From contig JBDRPF010000021.1 in the NCBI GenBank assembly GCA_043827325.1, positions 2,255-66,254 of the forward strand: DNA of 64,000 nucleotides, in the 5' to 3' direction. Position numbers and translations under genes: made by a program. The notes under the pieces were generated by a model. The model did no database searches. It saw only the letters and a list, made by a program, of their open reading frames with translations, and was not told where the DNA came from. Positions 60,098 through 64,000 of this stretch are shown piece after piece (positions within the stretch are counted from its first letter, which is position 1; each line of letters begins with the position of its first letter). The DNA is from Pseudomonadota bacterium. GTDB lineage: Bacteria > Desulfobacterota > Desulfobacteria > Desulfobacterales > UBA11574.

Positions 60098-60517
60098 TCA
60101 CCTGAGACCGATAAGGCCGCGTTTCCCCAGATCACGCAAAAATTGGGTCACGGCAACCTCCGCTTCCTTAGGGTGCAGCTGATGCTCACCGGCAAACTCC
60201 TTGACCATTTGCCGCACCGAACGCTTTCCGTCGATTCGGCCCCACACCGAGGTGCCGAGTTCGTCAAGCTGAAGTTTCCGGGTCACGGCACCGTCAGACG
60301 ATCCCCCTAAATACCGAACGATACCGGCCATCCACGGCCTTGCTCTTTCCGGAAAGGTCAGGATCACTTCGCCGTTTTCGAGACGCGCCTCCTGAACGTG
60401 CTCACTTTTTACCGGTATACTTTCCAGTGCCCGGGTTCGCGTTATTTCCGCGCCCCTTGCCTTTTTCCTAAAGACTGTCATAGTCGGCACAGATCCTGTC
60501 GAGAAAATGGGGATCAA
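60098..60517 (-). CDS. PqqD-family (RRE-type) protein
   Basis: The C-terminal 70 aa (LQLDELGTSVWGRIDGKRSVRQMVKEFAGEHQLHPKEAEVAVTQFLRDLGKRGLI) fit the PqqD winged-helix pattern. The start is uncertain (possibly the ATG at 60481). Confidence 0.65.
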   Translation of the reverse strand: MIPIFSTGSVPTMTVFRKKARGAEITRTRALESIPVKSEHVQEARLENGEVILTFPERARPWMAGIVRYLGGSSDGAVTRKLQLDELGTSVWGRIDGKRSVRQMVKEFAGEHQLHPKEAEVAVTQFLRDLGKRGLIGLR

Positions 60518-61346
60518 ACGGCTTTTTCCCCTCTGCCCCGACCCCGAGTATCCGGTTCTTTTTTTTCAGGTGCCAGAGTCGAAACCGCTTGAACGGATGC
60601 TTTCTTCTTATACCGCCAAAAGCTCTGCCCAGAATGGAAACAGACGGAGACACCGCCCATTCCGCGGATTTTTCGTCAATGTTTATCATAACATCCGGGT
60701 GTTGCGACGGCATGCCCGCCATGGTTTCGGCGAACCCCGCAATGCCCCGACCCCGGAGAAGCACGGCGGCCGGACCCCACCGGTGCAAGGTGACCTTCCG
60801 GCCTTTTGCTTCAAACGCCAGTTCAGTTTTTCCGGGTACCAGACGCTGCCGAACCAGCTTAAATTTCTCGGGGATCATGGCTTGAATGTCGAATACAGCC
60901 CACCTGATCTGACCGTCCGCCCTGTGGTCACTGAAGGAATTCAATACAGACAGCGTGGTGTTTTTGGATTCACCGGAATCGTTATGATGAAACTGGATGA
61001 GCGTGGCATTATGACACATGGGGCAGTAGAGGATAGCGCCCATGCCGCCCATTGACGTCCCCTGCCAGGAAAAGCCGGTAGCGCTGAAACCATCCAGGGC
61101 ATCTTCCCATTCGGGTGTGAGGGGGGATTCTCCGATAGAGATTCCGGACCGCTTTCCATGGAGAACCGACAGGCGACGCATGTGTTTCTTATGGGAAAAG
61201 ACGCCCTTGACGCGCCCCCATTTCATCTCCAGCACCGGCCCGGACTCTTTTTCGAGCATCAAATAGTACGACCCGATTCTTCCGACTTCCCAGTCAGCAG
61301 GGGCCTGAAAGCGGATGCCGTTCCAGGCGATTTCTTTCATGGGCAT
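60468..61346 (-). CDS. hypothetical protein
   Basis: 292 aa. No recognised motif apart from one CPMC. Its 3' end overlaps the PqqD-like gene. Confidence 0.55.
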   Translation of the reverse strand: MPMKEIAWNGIRFQAPADWEVGRIGSYYLMLEKESGPVLEMKWGRVKGVFSHKKHMRRLSVLHGKRSGISIGESPLTPEWEDALDGFSATGFSWQGTSMGGMGAILYCPMCHNATLIQFHHNDSGESKNTTLSVLNSFSDHRADGQIRWAVFDIQAMIPEKFKLVRQRLVPGKTELAFEAKGRKVTLHRWGPAAVLLRGRGIAGFAETMAGMPSQHPDVMINIDEKSAEWAVSPSVSILGRAFGGIRRKHPFKRFRLWHLKKKNRILGVGAEGKKPFDPHFLDRICADYDSL

Positions 61347-61362
61347 TTGGCAGGAATGCTCC

Positions 61363-61416
61363 TAAAATAAAATCGCATGGCGATTTTATCTAACGCGGCT
61401 GCGCCGCTTTTATTTA
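61363..61416. repeat. short double-hairpin intergenic element, copy 2 (inverted relative to copy 1)
   Basis: ataaaatcgcatggcgattttatctaacgcggctgcgccgctt. See copy 1 at 41860-41909. Confidence 0.75.
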
Positions 61417-61434
61417 TGCGCGGCAAGATTCCTA

Positions 61435-62040
61435 TCATCTGGGAATGAGCAGATCCCAAGCCACCGCGCCGTGACTCCCTGGTTCTTGTTTTTGACTCCA
61501 GGAGGATTTCTTTTCGTAACAGGCGCGCTCTTCTTCCATCAGGTTTGTCATGGTGAGCTTCACGGCATTTCCCATCTTCTCTTCTTCATCCCGGGTATTG
61601 TGCTGCAGGGTCATGCTGATCCGGTTGTTTTGGTCGTCGACAAAAGACCACTTCCAGGCGATGACCACGTGAAAAGGATCGCCGCGCCACTCCGCTGGTT
61701 CCCCGAACCGCTTCTTGAATCGATCCAGAAGCGCATCATAAAATTTCTTGCTGGAATTGCTGTACTTGAGCTTTATGCGAACGACCCGCCCGGGAGATGC
61801 GCAGTTGCCGATCCAGATGAGTCCGCTTTTGAACCCTTCCGTCTCCTTGATCTCTATCTCGTGAATATACTCCTGATACCGGAGGGGAAGGGCCGTCTCC
61901 ATGTTCACCACATCCGTATATTCGCTTATCTGCCGGCCAAGGGTAAATCCCCCGACCTCGCGGGGCGCCTGGGCCGTGCATATTCCGCAGGCAAAAAAAA
62001 TGGCCGGAATCATCCACAAAAAAATTTTCGGTTTCATCAC
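61435..62040 (-). CDS. exported protein of unknown function
   Basis: 201 aa with a signal peptide (IFLWMIPAIFFACGICTAQA). No motifs recognised. Confidence 0.55.
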   Translation of the reverse strand: MMKPKIFLWMIPAIFFACGICTAQAPREVGGFTLGRQISEYTDVVNMETALPLRYQEYIHEIEIKETEGFKSGLIWIGNCASPGRVVRIKLKYSNSSKKFYDALLDRFKKRFGEPAEWRGDPFHVVIAWKWSFVDDQNNRISMTLQHNTRDEEEKMGNAVKLTMTNLMEEERACYEKKSSWSQKQEPGSHGAVAWDLLIPR

Positions 62041-62162
62041 TGCACCTGTTCAAATACGTTTAGCCCGGATGGTTGTGTTTAGAGCAGATTGTTCACCATT
62101 TTAGATTCATGCAAATACACCTAATTATAGTATCGTGTCCAGCAAATAACTTAAGCACAACC

Positions 62163-63995
62163 CTAGTAGGCCAACCGCCCCAACGATTTCAGAATCAGGG
62201 CAAACCCCATGGCCAGCATTCCGGTCAGACCCATTCCGCAGGAAAAGCCGGCCAGAAGGACCGGAGCGTACTGGCGCCACATTTTACCATAACGCTTTAA
62301 AAAGAAAAAGCGCCCCAGAAACGCCCCGAACACTTCCAGTATAAGACCGTGAGGCGCGCTCTGTCCGAGTCCTCGAACCACGCCATAGATCAGGAGTACC
62401 GGAAGGCCGAGAATACTCAGTATCGCGTACGTCACAAGGCCGAAACCCAGACCCGACAGGACATAACTCCCCTTGAGCGCCTGAAAAAAGAGAGAGTCCC
62501 CCTCCAGGGTCGAGGTCTGCATCAACAGGGTGTTGAGCGCCTGAAGATGCCACAGCTCCTGGGCATACGGATAACTGCTGGAAGGGATTGGCGCAAGCCG
62601 CCAGATAAATTGAGAAAAGAGCAGGCTCGATATCATCACCACCGGAAAGACCACGATTTCAGCCTTGATGATTCCGCGGATGCTCGTTCCGGTCAGTTCT
62701 ATCTGTCGAAAATGAACGGTCGCGTCACCGTAGTTGTGAATCGGTATGGGTGCATACCAGATCTCTATCCCATGATAGCCGAAGTATTTTGCGCCGGCAA
62801 TGAAGCTCGCCTCCCGTACCAGCGGAAGGCTGACGAACTGTCCGGCGATTCCCTCCATGCGGGCGGTGATGTAGGAAAGCAACGGGGTATAAACAAATCC
62901 GTAGCCGAGGAAGAAAATCCAGGGAAAGTTGGGTACCAGCAGGACGCAGATGCCGACATATGCCAGCGTTGAACACACGTAAATGCCGATGGCGATCCAG
63001 AAATTAAAATCCCCTCGTCCGGGCGGCGGATGAAACAGATCTTTCAAGCTCCCTCGCCCTGACGCATCGCTTTTCCCAAACGAGCGGACAACGGACCAGA
63101 TGCCCACGGCGGCGATCGCGAGCCCCAGACCGATACCGAAACTCATGTAAAAATCAAAATTGTTGGCGAAAACCGTATCCACGGTCCCCATTCCCAGATG
63201 CCACCGGTGCAGAATTCCGTGCTTGTAGAGAACCGGGTTTGCCGCCACCGTGATAATCAGCCCCACGAGCCCCCCGATAACGGCCCAGAAAGGAAGAACC
63301 ATTCCGATAAAGATGAGCCCGATATCGAGCTGGATACCGGTTGCCACGGCAGGGAGCACGCCTTCGGTGTGCCGGGTCAGTTCGACCCACGGGATTGGAA
63401 TCAACCGTATCGGTTCGCTGAAAAGAAGACCGGAAACGATCGGTAAAAGGACATAGACACTGCCGAACACAAGTCCGATGACGCCGCCGATGGAGAACAC
63501 GCGCCATTTCCAGCTCTTCTGCTTTTCTTCGGTGGATTCGGCTAGGGCCATGGTCCCGAGGGCGCCCACCGGCGCCATCGGGAAAGGAAGCTTTTCAACA
63601 TCTGAAGTGATTCGGTAGAGCGCATATCCAAGGCCGAAATGGTCGACCCTTTGTACAATCTGTGCGCCGACCAGCAGAAGTATGGGAATCAGCCAGTCAC
63701 GGTTTAAAAAGGTGCGTTCCACGTAGGACATGGACTCTATGGACGGCGCGACCCATGCGGGAATGAACTCGGTCAAACCCAGCATTCTTGCCGCGTCGGA
63801 CTGCACGAGATACTGGTTCCACAAAAGCCCCTGAAAGGGGGACGCCAATGCTGCACCGGCCATGTAGTAAAGAAGGAAAATTTCCTGCTGCTTGAGTTCG
63901 GTGTAGGATCGCTTGGCGATCTCGGCAAAAAGAATGATGGTGACCCACCGCGCGGCAGGGCCGATCCCGGTGCCGATGACCAACTGGAGATACAT
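62163..63995 (-). CDS. large polytopic membrane protein, family not recognised (possibly N-terminally truncated by window edge)
   Basis: At least 610 aa with many predicted TM helices. The ORF reaches within 5 nt of the window end, so the start is not secure. Confidence 0.6.
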   Translation of the reverse strand: MYLQLVIGTGIGPAARWVTIILFAEIAKRSYTELKQQEIFLLYYMAGAALASPFQGLLWNQYLVQSDAARMLGLTEFIPAWVAPSIESMSYVERTFLNRDWLIPILLLVGAQIVQRVDHFGLGYALYRITSDVEKLPFPMAPVGALGTMALAESTEEKQKSWKWRVFSIGGVIGLVFGSVYVLLPIVSGLLFSEPIRLIPIPWVELTRHTEGVLPAVATGIQLDIGLIFIGMVLPFWAVIGGLVGLIITVAANPVLYKHGILHRWHLGMGTVDTVFANNFDFYMSFGIGLGLAIAAVGIWSVVRSFGKSDASGRGSLKDLFHPPPGRGDFNFWIAIGIYVCSTLAYVGICVLLVPNFPWIFFLGYGFVYTPLLSYITARMEGIAGQFVSLPLVREASFIAGAKYFGYHGIEIWYAPIPIHNYGDATVHFRQIELTGTSIRGIIKAEIVVFPVVMISSLLFSQFIWRLAPIPSSSYPYAQELWHLQALNTLLMQTSTLEGDSLFFQALKGSYVLSGLGFGLVTYAILSILGLPVLLIYGVVRGLGQSAPHGLILEVFGAFLGRFFFLKRYGKMWRQYAPVLLAGFSCGMGLTGMLAMGFALILKSLGRLAY

Positions 63996-64000
63996 GCTGC

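Overview
This 64-kb window reads like a Desulfobacterota-type anaerobe chromosome, an inference from gene content only. About 52 kb of genes are co-oriented on the minus strand. The core content is: serA; nifS-nifU; an isoprenoid synthase; rimO; etfBA; an MMPL-type exporter; apbE; a periplasmic [NiFe] hydrogenase with a complete hyp maturation set; sucCD; a full methylmalonyl-CoA pathway block (12S and 5S/biotin transcarboxylase, meaB, mutase, epimerase); an aminotransferase; tgt; and queA. The right end carries a partner-switching signalling locus and an atypical ABC exporter.

The main anomalies are as follows.
1. A visibly AT-rich insertion of about 10.6 kb lies between hypD and hypE (17.9-28.5 kb). 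It carries a Fic protein, several unknown genes, a HigB/HTH-ImmA pair, and a translationally coupled lexA / 1011-aa N6-adenine methyltransferase / PD-(D/E)xK nuclease operon. That operon sits behind a perfect CTGT-N8-ACAG SOS box and is my best candidate for an undescribed, DNA-damage-inducible R-M-like or defence module.
2. The hydrogenase large subunit has an in-frame TGA exactly at the second Cys of the N-terminal RxCGxC nickel motif. This may be selenocysteine at a non-canonical position.
3. Several intergenic repeat families are present.
4. Several signalling fusions and decayed signalling genes are present: an MMPL-cNMP-degenerate GGDEF fusion, internally deleted SpoIIE phosphatases, and an ABC nucleotide-binding domain with an insert of about 255 aa.

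I saw no rRNA, tRNA, CRISPR array, integrase or transposase.
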